NCBI GenBank assembly: GCA_951406725.2
Contig: OX597831.1
Span: 65,782,001-65,846,000, forward strand
DNA length: 64,000 nt
Direction: 5' to 3'
Origin: Octopus vulgaris
Taxonomy: Eukaryota
The position numbers and the translations under genes are program-made. The notes under the pieces are model-generated. The model was not told where the DNA came from. It did no database searches and worked only from the letters and a program-made list of their open reading frames with translations. How positions within the stretch are numbered: position 1 is the stretch's first letter; the number at the start of each line of letters is the position of its first letter. Below are positions 12,296 to 26,190 of this stretch, one piece after another.

Positions 12296-13371
12296 ATTCA
12301 AACATTCTTGTTCTAATCTTACCATGAAATTACTTTTTCCATATATTGATGTCTTGGGGACATGAATTCACATTGAGAATCTTGTAAATCAAATACAAAA
12401 ATGTAATGTAATTTTTCATATAATTTCTTTCGTTCATAAGTAAACATTGTTTATGAATTCAGTTGAGTAAATAAAATACAACTACAATAATGCACATCGC
12501 CCTGGACTAACTGCAAAAAGTTATCTGAAGAAAAAGAGATTTACTTCAAAATCACTTTGTGATACCCATATAAATTCACTAATCTTGATCTTGGGGTATT
12601 AGCAACACTTCATTTCTTAAAGGGTTACATGGCAACCCTGATAAAGTTCTAAATTTCCAGATACAAATACATGTCACTATAAAGTTGTAAGCCTCTAATC
12701 ATCTCATCTACTTTACTATTGTTCACTATTGAATGATATATGGGACAAGAGTAGCACCAGATGGCAGATGGCAATAAACGCATGTATGTCAATTGAATTT
12801 TTATGTAAACAGTATTTACCAATTATTTATTTTTTTTATGTCATATTTTAAATTCATTTTCTGTCTATATCATTTAATGTTGTAAGTAGGCCCTTAAAGT
12901 AGGGCAACATACAAACTTAATATTTTCGCCTGATATTCAATGTTTTATGATATTATTTTTTAAACAAATGGTGGCAAGCTGATAGAATTATTACTGCGCC
13001 GGACAAAGTGATTAGCGGCTTTTTTTTGTCCATTTTTATATTCTGAGTTCAAATCCCACCTAGGTCAATTTTTTTCTTTCATCCTTTTGAAGTTGATAGA
13101 ATAAAGTGCTGAGAGTGATGTAATTTACCAAACTTCTTTGCCTAGAATTGTGGTCCTTGTGCCAAATATTGAAACAATTGTTGTTGTTGTTGTTATTATT
13201 ATTATTATTATTATTATTAAGGGCAGGAAATTGCAAACACACACACACACACTGATTAATATAAATATTTACTTGTGAATCTGTGTGTGTACATACATAC
13301 ATACATGCATGCATGCATACATACATACATACATACATATATTTATATATGTGTATATATATATTTATATA

Positions 13372-13553
13372 TCATCATCATCATTTAGCGTCCGCTTTCC
13401 ATGCTAGCATGGGTTGGACGGTTCAACTGGGGTCTGTGAAGCTGGAAGGCTTCGTCAGGCCCAGTCAGATCTGGCAGTGTTTCTACGGATGGATGCCCTT
13501 CCTAACGCCAACCACTCCGTGAGTGTAGTGGGTGCTTTTTACGTGCCATCTGC
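13372..13553 (-). mobile_element. Family C (RTE tail) fragment
   Basis: CATCATCAT...CCATGCTAGCATGGGTTGGACGG. Confidence 0.8.
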
Positions 13554-13570
13554 ACATATATATATATATA

Positions 13571-14541
13571 TTAGGAGAGAGTCAGTCTAGATGACATGCA
13601 GTTTGGGTTTGTGCCAGAGAAAAGCACCACTAATGCTATATTTCTGGTAAGACAGCTGTAGGAGAAATACCTAGACAAAGATAAACCTCTGTACCTAGCT
13701 CTCTTTGACATGGAGAAAGCCTTATCTGGTGGTCAATGAGGAAACTAGGGATAGATGAGAGATTAGAGGGTTGGCAATGAGTACAGTGATGAATTCTAGT
13801 TAGGGTCCACCAAGGATAAGTCCTCAGCCCCCTCTTAGTCATCATAGTCCTCCAGGCAATAAAAGAGGAATTCAAGACAGGATGCCCCTGGGAACTTCTC
13901 TGTGCTGATGACCTTGCTCTAATAGCTGAGTCACTATCAGAACTAGAGGAGAAGTTTCAGGTGTGGAAGCAAGGTCTAAAACCGAAGGGCCTTAGAGTCA
14001 ACCTAGCAAAAACCAAAGTCCTAATAAGTAGGAAGGCAGATAAACCACAAATCCTTTTGGGTTGATGGCCCAGCTCGATCTGTAGAAAAGGCGTAGGTAG
14101 AAACTCCATAAGATGTACCTAGTGTAAGCTATGGACACATAAAAGGTGCAGCAATGCCAAAGGAAGGCTAACTGAGAAGATAGTTTTTGCGTGTGGCAAA
14201 TGCTCAGGAGCTTTTGTCACATTCCAGGGGAAAAAACTACAAGTAGTTGATAGCTTCCATTACCTAGGGGACCAAGTTAGTAGCGGGAGTGGATGCTCTG
14301 AAAGTGTAGCTGCTTGAATAAAAATAACCTGAGCAAAGTTCAGAGAGCTCCTCCTACCTCTGCTGGTGACAAAGGGCTTCTTGCTCAGAGTAAAAGGTAG
14401 ACTGTATGATGCATGTGTGTGAACAGCCATGCTACATGGCAGTGAAACATGGGCCGTGACAGCTGAGGACATGCATAAGCTTGCAAGGAATGAAGCCAGT
14501 ATGCTCCGCTGGATATGTAATGTCAGTGTGCATACACGACA
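13571..14541 (+). mobile_element. Decayed RTE LINE RT region with internal PHD-like finger
   Basis: RVSLDDMQFGFVPEKSTTNAIFLVRQL*EKY, WELLCADDLALIAES, KTKVL, C4HC3-like segment, FHYLGD, MLHGSETW. Confidence 0.88.
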
Positions 14542-14544
14542 GAT

Positions 14545-15251
14545 CATCGCTACATCATCAATGTTGAGTACTATGCCCACTTGCTGATGCAGTTACAAAA
14601 GGCTATCAAGACCAAATACCCAGGAAAACTGACAAATGGGTCTTGTTTCATCAGGACATTGCTCCAGCACACAAATCCTTGGTTTCAATGGTTGCTGTGT
14701 GTGACCATGGCTTCCCACTGGTTGATCGCCTTTTTTACTTTCCTGATTTGGCACCATGTGGCTGTTTGCCAGCCTCGTCTGGCACCTGTGCTGGTGGCAC
14801 GTAAAAAGCACCCACTACACTCACGGAGTGGTTGACATTAGGAAGGGCATCTAGCTGTAAAAACACTGCCAGATCGGACTGGGCCTGGTGCAGCCTTCTG
14901 GCTTCCTAGACCCCAGTTGAACCGTCCAACCCATGCTAGCATGGAAAATGGACGTTAAACGTTGATGATGATGATGATGATGATGATGATGTGACTATTA
15001 TGTGTTTCCCAACTTGAAGAAACACTTGGCTGGGGACCAGTGTCACAGTGATGATGACAGCGTATCTGCTGTTGATGACTTTTTTGACCAATAGGATGAA
15101 AGCTTCTTCACCAATGGAATCCAAACACTGCAACACTGATGGAAGAATGTATGGACTGTAAGGAGGGTACTACGTTGAAAAATAAACCTCATTTGGTCAC
15201 ATTCTATGAGACGATCTTGGTCAGCCTATGAATTTTCAGCCAGTGCTCATA
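14545..15251 (+). mobile_element. Mariner transposase C-terminal remnant with putative 3' end, interrupted by a family C insertion
   Basis: YYAHLLMQLQKAIKTKYPGKL..LFHQDIAPAH, PDLAP|DYYVFPNLKKHLAG, YVEK*; ends near a TA. Confidence 0.85.
14761..14990 (+). mobile_element. Family C (RTE tail) insertion inside the mariner
   Basis: (GAT)n tail; ATGTG repeated at both junctions; splits the PDLAP-DY motif. Confidence 0.8.
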
Positions 15252-15490
15252 CTTTGAGAATCAATTACAAAATTACAAAAAAGAAATTATTCTACATTTT
15301 CACAAAAGTTTATAAATTCTCATGATTTTAACAAACCTACAATTCTTGCTAGTAAGAATATAGTTTCTAAGATGGAGAGAGAAATAAGAAGGATTACTTT
15401 GGTACAATGATAAAACACCTGTCATGTCTATTGGAGATGTGGGTTCAAGTCCCATTAAGCAAATATTTGACTTTTTCTATCCAAAAGGGG

Positions 15491-15907
15491 GGATCCTTTT
15501 GGTTTGAACGGCAGTTTTTTCTAGCGGTGTCATATGAAATTGTCACCCATAATTATGACCCTAGTATCGATCTATTGCATTTCAATCTGTTTTAGGGTTA
15601 GGGTTAAGGGTGGGGGGAAGGGTATCTTTTTTCTTCACAAATGTAAATAAGCCCAATATGTTTCTTAAACGAGGGACATATTCATATGGCACAGAATGCG
15701 TTTTAACTCAATGGACGTCAGTGATTGGTTGAAATTGCAGAAATTGAAGAAAAAAAAACAACAAATATCTTACAAACTATAGAATTTTCTCAATAAAGCC
15801 AAGAGAAAAAGATGTTTTATAAACACATTCTACCAGTATACAAAGTTTAAAATTTTTCAGTTACCTAGAAATTATGTTAAAAACTCCCGTTCAAACCGAA
15901 AATATCC
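15491..15907. mobile_element. GGATC-TIR MITE
   Basis: Inverted copy of the 6156 element; TSD AAAAGGGG; internal TTAGGGTTAGGGTTAAGGG. Confidence 0.9.
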
Positions 15908-16129
15908 AAAAGGGGTTTTCCAATCCAATATTTATATGCTATTATTTATAGCTTTATATGTGCTTCAAGATCCAATTCCAAAAAGGAAGTATTCCATGTT
16001 ATCTTGAAAGTTTATAAATTCCTATGACTTCAACAATGTATGTATGAATGTATGTTTGTGTATATGTATGTATGCTACTCGTGTTTCGAGTTCTATTTTC
16101 CTGCTAGTATCACCAAAACTACATAAATT

Positions 16130-16362
16130 CTCTTTTACTCTTTTACTCTTTTACTCTTTTACTTGTTTCAGTCATTTGACTGCGGCCATGCTGGAGCACC
16201 ACATTTAGTCGAGCAAATCGACCCCGGGACTTATTCTTTGTAAGCCCAGTACTTATTCTATCGGTCTCTTTTGCTGAACCGCTAAGTGATGGGGACGTAA
16301 ACACACCAGCATTGGTTGTCAAGCAATGCTAGGGGGACAAACACAGACACACAAACACACAC

Positions 16363-16397
<35 letters not shown>

Positions 16398-16577
16398 TAT
16401 ATATACATATATACGACAGGCTTCTTTCAGTTTCCGTCTACCAAATCCACTCACAAGGCATTGGTCGGCCCGGGGCTATAGCAGAAGACACTTGCCCAAG
16501 ATGCCACGCAGTGGGACTGAACCCGGAATCATGTGGTTGGTTAGCAAGCTACTTACCACACAGCCACTCCTACGCCT
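16130..16577 (-). mobile_element. SINE family B
   Basis: Full-length copy with CTCTTTTA tail repeats. Confidence 0.9.
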
Positions 16578-18896
16578 ATGTTTATATATATATATATAAA
16601 TATTATTCATATATTTTACATTTGTTTTTCCATTGATTAAGTAAATATATTGAGACACTGTTTTACAACTGAAGACCTTTGTTGTTACAAACCCTTACTT
16701 TCTTTTCAAGTAAGGGGTCTCTTATTTCAACAAGCAAAGTGGCTAGTTAGAAAATCTCTATAAGAGATGAAAGTGGTAACGAAACTGAGAAGAAATGTTT
16801 ATCACCACATCAATATGGCTGTTTGATGTTACTACCATTTTAACACTTGTCTTTGAAGGGGCTAAACTTGTGGAGGATTTGTTGAAAGGAGAAAAGACCA
16901 TGTTCACTGACTTTACCTTCTCTATTACACAAGAGTTCAATAATAAAATATTTAGAGTCAGGGAAAAAAAAATCTTAGAACAGGATATTTAGAATCTAGT
17001 CAGTTTTTGTACAACTGTGAGACATTACACTTACTTTTATTCTGATGAAACTTCTATAAGAAAAGTACTTGCTGAGCAACAAACTGCTCTTAATATGTGC
17101 TTACTGACCTAGATATTTCTTTTTATGTTGCCCCCTTCCCACTATTATTTATTCTGTTTACTATGAAAAAAAAAAAAAAAGAAAGAAAATGCTCATATTT
17201 TCTTTTCAGACCATATGTGATGAAGTTAACAGTATATTCAGAAATCAATTGAAATCAATTCTGAGATGTTAGTTGTTTATTTTATCTTGTGCGGTGGGGT
17301 GGTGAGCTATGATAATAAATGTGAGGAAAGGTGTAGAAACTGCTGTATGCAGAAGAATTTTGAAACTTAGAAAGGTAACTTTGAAAAAGTTACATGGTAT
17401 CAAAAATATTATGAGTGCGATCTTGTTTGATGATGTTCAAAAACGTAGAAATCCTGAACTTATGTGTTCATGACAAACAGTAAATTCACAAAAAAGTCTT
17501 TTGATGATTGGCTTGTACAGTTATGAACTAGTTCTTGTAAGTAGTTGGCAATGTCCTCTACTAAGTTAAATAGATTTGTTCTAAAGGTCAAACTAATGAT
17601 AGGGCAGTGATTAGGAGCCAAAGTTAAGAAAATTATTATTTTGTGATTGAATTCTCTGAAGTAACTTAACTATTTAGAGCTGACAAAATGCAAAGTGATA
17701 TTTCTTCTAGCTCTACACTCTTGGCTCAAATCCTATCAAGATCGACTTTACCCATCGTCCTTTTTGGAGTCAATAAAATAAAGTATCACCTACATACTGA
17801 GGTTGATATAGTTTGTCTTAACGTATCCCTAAAATTGCTAGCCTTGTGCCAAAATTTGAAACTATTATAATTCTATTCATGTCTGGGAAGTGTTATAGGA
17901 ATATAAATTGACCTGGTAGTTGATTTGCAAGTTTACATTATTTCCCAGTAACAATGAAAGGCAAAGTTGACTTCAGCTGGATTTAAACCGAGAGCTTACA
18001 AATGACCAGACCCAGCAATTTGTTAAGTATACATTATAGACAGATGTTAAGTGGCCATGCATGTCAAGATGAAAGATGCTGATTGAAATGAGAGATTATT
18101 ATGAAACTAGTTATCTTTGAAAATTTTGCAGTAATTATTTTCCATAATTTTCATAGTTTAGTAATTCAGCTGCAATGGTCAAACTAGTCACATGTTTGCA
18201 TAGCATTCTATGTGTTTTAAGCTTATATTTCTCTTCATGCTGTCTCCCAACTCTCTCTCTATTATTTATTCTGCTTGGTTAGAAAAAAAATTGCTCATAC
18301 TTTAGGCCATGTGTAATGAAGTTAATAGTACATTCAGAGATCAATTGAGATCAATTATTAGTAGAAAGTTGTCTGTTTTAACTCACGGGACCGTCACAGT
18401 AGTTGTGAGGAAAGTTGTAGCAACTGCTGTTCTATAACATATCAAGTTTTATTGAATAACAGTCACCAGTTCACATTGTAGGTAAAAATATGGTTACATT
18501 TTATATCTTAATATTCTTTGTGAGATATTTGAAAACTCTGTAAGGGCTGGTTGAGTAGACTTATGGTCAAAGGTTGCCCTTTCATCTTTAATTTCTTATA
18601 TTTGTTTCATTACATAGTTAGCTAGGAAAACTTTATACAGTTACTTCCTATTTTTTGGAAGATGGTTGAGTGTCATTTGAGGGAGATACAACCACTATTT
18701 ATAGCAGGTCAAGACATCATGTGAGAGCTCCCTCATTCACTCATGGAAAAAGGTAGATGCTACTAGCATCTCACCTTCAGTTCTGTACTAATCAAGCAGA
18801 CCTAATAGTAAATTAGTTTAGCATTTCGATCCCATATTTTCTTCCATATACGATAAACCTAGAAGCAGTTTATCCAATTTATCTTTCCTTTCTTAA

Positions 18897-19117
18897 TCCT
18901 TCCATTACTAACCTGGCTGAAACCAGCTCTGGCTCTGAGTACAAATGTCTTATTTTCATAAGTTTTGAATTAAAAATCTTCCACTAAACCTTAGTCAAAA
19001 TTTACATTCCTAATACTAGCTTAATGATTACTAAGTTATTTTACTAAATTCTTTGTTATATTTAAAGAAATTGAAAGAAACACTGAGCATCTCAAAATAA
19101 ATACAGTAACGAAAGGG
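18897..19117. mobile_element. piggyBac-type MITE
   Basis: TTAA|TCCTTCCATTAC...GTAACGAAAGGG|TTAA; second copy at 52489. Confidence 0.8.
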
Positions 19118-19996
19118 TTAAGATAGTAAGGTATGGCTTAAGGAGGTTTGACTGTTATTTTGAACAGATTAAGCAATTACATGGTGATTCCTTCATTATA
19201 GTTATGCTTGTGATTATTATTGTGGATGATGTGGAAATTGTTAGGAATATTTTTATATAAGGGTTTGTTGTAGAACGTGTTAAATCATTTCTTGAGAAAA
19301 CCAATGACATAATCACAAATATTTTGGAACAATCTCAGATAATGATATATGTGATGTTTTCTATATTGTCCAAGTTTTTCTTCATAGTTTGATCAACATT
19401 ACCTCGTCAGAGATTCTCTCCTTACAATCTACAACTTTATGAAAAAAAAAACGTTGTCTCAAAAGATAAAAGGCTAAGATATGACTCCTAAATTGAATAT
19501 AGCTTAGAGAACTATTTTGCTGCCATGTTTGCTACTAAAATTATGGTTTACTAAAAAATAGTATTAAGCATCCAACCACCTGAATTTGTAATACAATTTT
19601 GGCTTCCAATAATGCTATTTTCATCTCACACATTGTATAGGCTATTCCAGCTATAATTAATATCCTGGAAACATAAGCTCTACAAATCTGATTTAATAAA
19701 CCACTTGTAAAGAAAGTTTATTGTGATATTACACAGACACACTACTAAATAAAGTCTTCTTTAATCCTATCTTGATATAATGGAACATACACCCACAAGG
19801 ACACAAGTGATCTGAATGGAGTCTACACTCATGTCCCACTGATGTGCTATAAATCTGTTGTTTGTATCTTCTCTTTGTGTCATGATTGAGAATACTAACA
19901 ACAGATTTAGTCTCTCATCTGGTTTAATGTTGTTGCTTGTCTATTAGGTGCCTTTAACATTACTAATGAAAAGTTAGCTGCCTCCTACAAGTCATG

Positions 19997-20214
19997 AGAT
20001 GGCAGAAACGTTAGCATGCTGGGCAAAATGCGTAGCCGTATTTCATCTGCCGTTACATTCTGAATTCCGCCGAGGTTGACTTTGCCTTTCATCCTTTCAG
20101 GGTCGATAAATTAAGTACCAGTTACACACTGGGGTCAATGTAATCGGCTTAATACCTATGTCTGTCCTAGTTTGTCCCCTCTATGTTTAGCCCCTTGCAG
20201 GTAATAAAGAAACA
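19997..20214 (+). mobile_element. SINE family D
   Basis: Match to the 2202 copy; TSD TACAAGTCATG. Confidence 0.85.
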
Positions 20215-20469
20215 TACAAGTCATGGAGGTCTCAAAAGAAGCTATGGACATTACTTTTCCTCCTCTGAATAAACAATAAAGAAAAGAGGTGTAAAATAGC
20301 TGACCTCCCAATAGCACAAATTAACTTCTTGATCAGATAGGGCCCTGGGACAATGGGATTCTGTGGGTGCAATGTTCACTAAGTCCTGCAATTTTCATCA
20401 GTTCTTGCAGACAGCCATGCTCTTCATTGACAGACTGGCTGAGTGATCTCCTAAGTGAAGGCATGTAGT

Positions 20470-20790
20470 AGGCATGTGACTTACAGGTGTTTAGGGTATT
20501 CAGCTCATAGTTGTAAGGTCATAAATCATGTCCCTTGGCAAAAGAGCAAAACACTTTATTTCACATTTCACCAGTCCACTCAGCTGGAGCAAAAATGAAA
20601 GATGTACTTGTAATTCAAAGGATCAGCCTTGTCACATTCTGTGTCATATTGAATCTCCCTGAGAACTATGTTAAGGGTACACGGGTGTCTGTGGAGTACC
20701 CAGCTGCTTGCATGTTAATTTCACAGGCAGGCTGTTCTTGTTGATCAGATCAACTGAAACCCTTATTGTCATAACTGATGGAGTGCCAAT
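20470..20790 (+). mobile_element. Older SINE-like element
   Basis: Degenerate tRNA-like head and CCAGTCCACTCAGCTG core; single copy in the window. Confidence 0.45.
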
Positions 20791-20938
20791 TAAGTTAGTA
20801 CAAGTTATTAGGATAATTTTGTGGTAGCAAATTTTAATTAGAAAGGATTCAGTTTATTTACATTGACAGGAAGGTATATCATCAGTGTATTTACAAGTGG
20901 CCTCAAGTTGATATCTGAGTTAATCATCAGCTGGCCTT

Positions 20939-21093
20939 CAGTTTACGAGTATGAGTGCAGTTTACGAGTATGAGTGCAGTTTACAAGTATGACTGCAGTT
21001 TACGAGTATGAGTGCAGTTTACGAGTATGAGTGCAGTTTACAAGTATGAGTGCAGTTTACGAGTATGAGTGCAGTTTAAGAGTATGAGTGCAG
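20939..21093. repeat. 19-bp minisatellite x8 (CAGTTTACGAGTATGAGTG)
   Basis: Eight near-identical contiguous units with no spacers. Confidence 0.95.
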
Positions 21094-21922
21094 AATTCAT
21101 GAAGAGTAGTTATTTTGATAAAATAACATCTGATGATGGGGAGAGTATTTCTTTTCTCTTAACGATGGATTATTTCACTGGATATCTATTATTTATTGAG
21201 AATATTCTTTACTTTTAAATAAAGTCTGATATTCTTTATCACTGTTTCCAGTTAATTAAGCTCTGTCCATACTGAAATAGCAGTTACTAAATACTTTGGT
21301 AGTTTTAGAACTAGCAAACTATCAATGTTGTATTAGTTACTAGACAAAACCACAAGAATGCACCTTGGCTAGATTGAACTGTTGAAGGTAATTTCAGTAA
21401 CTGAGGAGTTTATCAAAATGAAAGTGTTAAAATTTCTAAAGCTTCACTTACATTTTATTACACATGAATGAACAGAAACTAGAGGTAGAAGAGTAACAAT
21501 CAAATTTGGTAAGCAAAGGCTAGCAGAGAGCCAGCCCAGATCATGGAGCTGTTTCCACTATGCTTCATACAATCACTGCAGTAATAATGTAGTTTGTATG
21601 GTTTGAGGAGTGTATGAGAATGAGGCCAGTTATTGAAATTATTTTATTCAAAACAACACATCTTGTCTCACTGTAATCGCCCTTTCTCATGAATATCACA
21701 CATGTTACTAAATTGCATTCTACAGTTTTCCTCTCTTGACAAAATACTAAAAATAGTTGGATGTTCAAGCTAAGATAAAGTGAAATTACCTGCAACAGAA
21801 AAATATATTTCTGTAGTGGTCATTACAGCAGTTTTCTTTGCTTGCACGTGAGATATCAATTGGAACTGAACCTGATTTTTAAATCACACTTCAACTCATG
21901 CACTAAATCATAAAAATGTGTA

Positions 21923-22079
21923 AGGAGTGGCTGTGTGGTAAGTAGCTTGCCTACCAACCACATGGTTCTGGGTTCAGTCCCATTGCGTGGCACCTTGGGC
22001 AAGTGTCTTCTACTATAGCCTCGGGCCGACCAAAGCCTTGTGAGTGGATTTGGTAGACGGAAACTGAAAGAAGCCCGTC

Positions 22080-22118
<39 letters not shown>

Positions 22119-22336
22119 CGTGTATGTTTGTGTGTCTGTGTCTGTCCCCCTAGCATTGCTTGACAACCGATGCTGGTGTGTTTATATCCCCGTCACTTAG
22201 CGGTTCGGCAAAAAGAGATTGGTAGAATAAGTACTGGGCTTACAAAGAATAAGTCCCGGGGTCGAGTTGCTCGACTAAAGGCGGTGCTCCAGCATGGCTG
22301 CATTCAAATGACTGAAACAAGTAAAAGAGTAAGAGT
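21923..22336 (+). mobile_element. SINE family B
   Basis: Match to family consensus. Confidence 0.9.
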
Positions 22337-23689
22337 ATGACCCCAATTTTGAATAAAAAAACATTAATATCAACAGTTGTCATGTGTGGTAATAAGACTT
22401 ACTGTTGGGCGACTCTATACACCTATATACTATATCCCTTATTATCTACAAGTCTATTCCTTACTATCTCTCTGCCAATGTGTTCTGTATCACTTGCTGG
22501 CCTGTCTATCCTATGGTAATTGCTTGTGTACTAAACATATCTACCGTACCATACTCTATCATCTGTTGTCTTATACTTTATCATCAGCAGGTCTATACTC
22601 CCGCATCTGCTAATCTATCCACTGAGGAGGGGAATGCAGTCTATTCACTATTATCCATGTGTATATTCTAACCATTAATTACAATTATGTGATGTTTAGT
22701 TATATATTTCCTGCTTCTGCTAGCATATATCTCCACACCTACACTATGTCATGATGAAGCAATAGAAAGATTATTGATTTTCTTCTCTCTTTATGTGTCA
22801 TAGCAAATTCAGATAAATATATGTCTGTGAGTTTAAGCTTATTTGTTTCAATTCAAAATCTTCCCTATTCACCTGAAAAATATTGACCAGCTTCTGTGTA
22901 GGTTTCTCTAATTTTACCTAATTGAATTTGACTTTTTAATAGAAAATATATTGAACATAATTTGTTGTGAACTAAATCTGATACTAATTTAGAGAAATAT
23001 AGCAATGAATTATTATTCCTAATTTAGAGACAATTAGCTAAATAAACTTCTGCTCCAATCACAGAACATAAAAACCAGCCTTTGGCTGTGAAAAGACGGT
23101 TGCTGTAAATTTGCTCACTTTTGCTTTACTATGAGAATCCAAAATTGATATCATGATCCCAGTAATTAAGAAAGCATGAGTTTAGAAACGGCAATTCCAA
23201 AGAATTATCATAACTTCAAATCTTGGAATATTTATGATATTTATCTAAAAGAATTGAAAAAATAAAACTCATAAAATTTACAAGTCGTAAAAAATATCGA
23301 AGCAAATGCTGTAAAGTGTTATGTCAAATGAGTCAGTCGATGGGACTGTAATACATGTGGAGATATAAATATGATTCTTACTTCGGCACCAGTGTTTAGA
23401 TAGACTGAAGAAAAGTGTTAGGATGTTATAGTAATCATAAATTTTCTGAAAGCATTAGTGATATAAACAGAGTGAAATAGCTGTAACTGGGACAACTTCT
23501 TGGTTGCAAATTAACTTTACTTCGTTTATGTGGTGCATTTATTACTGAGATGTAGATATTAACTCAGTAAAGAATGTTTAATGGATTGAAGCATGAGTAA
23601 TTGAAAGGATGCATACAGATTCATAACAAATTTCTTTCAAAAATAATATAAATATTTTAAATTGTTAGATAAGGTACAGAACTTTCAAT

Positions 23690-23847
23690 ATACATGCATG
23701 CATACATACATACACATACATACACACACACACACATACATACACACACACACATACTTACATACATACATACACACACACACATACATACATACATACA
23801 TACACACACACACATACATACACACACATACATACACACACATACAT

Positions 23848-23878
<31 letters not shown>

Positions 23879-23926
23879 TACATACATACAAACACATACA
23901 TACATACATACATACATACATACACA
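23690..23926. repeat. (CA)/(TACA) microsatellite
   Basis: Direct inspection. Confidence 0.95.
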
Positions 23927-24224
23927 AGTGTGTGTGTTAGTGTAATATCATTACCATCATCATGATGATGATGATCATTTTTCCGTCTACTATTTTACAT
24001 GTTGGGACAAGTTTGATGGTTTGAAAAGATGCAACAGGCTGGTGGAGACCGGCTTGCTCCAATGTCTCAGATTTAGAATGGTTTCTACAAATTATGGGTG
24101 GAATGATGCTAGAAAGTGATATATAAAGATGATAGTACCGATGTGTGAGTGAGTATGTGTATATACTACGCATGCATATAAATACGTGGATGTTTGTATA
24201 AACAATATATATATATATATATAT

Positions 24225-24622
24225 ACTCTTTACTCTTTTACTTGTTTCAGTCATTTTGACTGCGGCCATGCTGGAGCACCGCCTTCAGTCGAGCAAATCG
24301 ACCCCGGGACTTATTCTTTGTAAGCCCAGTACTTATTCTATCAGTCTCTTTTGCTGAACCGCTAAGTGATGGGGACGCAAACACAACAGCATCGGTTGTC
24401 AAGCAATGCTAGGGGGACAGACACACAAACACACACACATACATATATATACATATATACGACAGGCTTCTTTCAGTTTCCGTCTACCAAATCCACTCAC
24501 AAGGCATTGATCGGCCCGGAGCTATAGCAGAAGACACTTGCCCAAGATGCCACGCTGTGGGACTGAACCCGGAACCATGTGGTTGGTTAGCAAGCTACTT
24601 ACCACACAGCCACTCCTGCACC
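24225..24622 (-). mobile_element. SINE family B
   Basis: Match to family consensus. Confidence 0.9.
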
Positions 24623-24711
24623 TATATATATATATATATATATATAATATTATTAGGGAGTAAATCCAAACTTACAGGGGAAAATTAGATTTAGGTTTTA
24701 TCTCTAATATA

Positions 24712-24756
<45 letters not shown>

Positions 24757-25719
24757 CACAGCTATGTGGTTAAGAAGTAGGCTTCTCAATCTTGTAGTTT
24801 TGGGTTCAGTGTCACACCTTGAGCAATTGTTTTGTGCTATTGTTCAGGGTAGACCAAAGTCTTGTAAGTAGATTTGGTAGGCAGAAATAGAAAGTAGCCC
24901 ATTGTATGCATGCATATGTATGCACATCCTGGGTATGCATTCAGTTGTGGGGTTCTGGTTTTGGAGCTCCTTGGTTTTGAGGAATGTGGAATCACCACTT
25001 TGCCACTATTCACTGTTATTCCCGGGTCAACTGTCACCTAGAGTAGTAGCATCTGTCAGGTGCCAACATTGGGTTAATTAGCATATTAGGGGTCACCTCA
25101 TATGCAGTCTCTGCAAAAAGAAACCTTTGTTGTTGAATGGAGGGGAAGGCAGCTGCAGTAACACATTGTGAAGTGGAGAGAGAGCAAGATGAGGCAAGTA
25201 GGACACCTTGGTCATCTGCTGCATCCATTTCCCTCCCCAGTCATCTTAACCTGGTCTTGCTTCTGAATTGAAGAGGGTCATGGTGCACGACATTTTTCTT
25301 CAGTTTAAACAAAGTCCCCACAGAAGTCAGCAGTCATCCTCATGAAGGACTGGATGGTCCAAGTCACTCAGACAGATGAACATTTATGTATGTATGCCTG
25401 TCCATCTGCGTGCATGTGTGTGTTTACTTATGTTTATGGGTTTCCAAAAAATGTAAATATTACTAATATTACTAAGTATCTTCTAGTATTTATCAATCCA
25501 CACACACACACACATTTTCATAAGTAGTAAAAACAGCGCTAGTGTAGTAGATATTATTAACATATGTACTAACGTATATGCTTTGTGTATTTTCCAGTGG
25601 ATGCAATGGCACATTGGAGTATATAAACTCTCATTCAGAGTATATAAACACCAGTGACAATGAGAGTTTCTATACTCTGATACACCAGAAAATACACACA
25701 GCATATACATTAGTATATG

Positions 25720-25755
25720 TATTTAGTTATATATATGTACAATATACATACATAC

Positions 25756-25804
<49 letters not shown>

Positions 25805-25809
25805 TACAT

Positions 25810-25844
<35 letters not shown>

Positions 25845-25916
25845 GTACATATATATATGTATATGTATATATATATATATTGTACATATATATATGTATA
25901 TATATATATATTGTAC

Positions 25917-25978
<62 letters not shown>
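25720..25978. repeat. (TA)n-rich microsatellite
   Basis: Direct inspection. Confidence 0.95.
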
Positions 25979-25979
<1 letters not shown>

Positions 25980-26190
25980 AAGTTAATCCAAACATGAAAG
26001 CACAAAAAAACACAACAACGCGAGGACATGGAACAAATATAGTATTATTGGACGCTCAGGAAAGAAGTTAAGAAGGAGGGTTTAACGTTTCGAACGGGGC
26101 TCTTTGTCGGAAACATAGGAGAAGGAAAGATCCAGAGAAGGGAAGACGGAGGAAAAAAATCGCCAACGGTACACACGCGGTCACATTTTG
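25979..26190 (-). mobile_element. Penelope-like terminal-repeat fragment (tentative)
   Basis: Flanked by TA repeats; minus strand CCGACAA-AGAGC-CCC-GTTC-GAAAC resembles a degenerate minimal hammerhead core. Confidence 0.4.

Noticed and set aside
15400-15456. tRNA-like GGTACAATGATAA...GGGTTCAAGTCCC
   Set aside because: No coherent cloverleaf; at most a decayed tRNA or SINE head
15590-15612. True telomere or interstitial telomeric fusion site
   Set aside because: Only 2-3 units, always internal to the MITE
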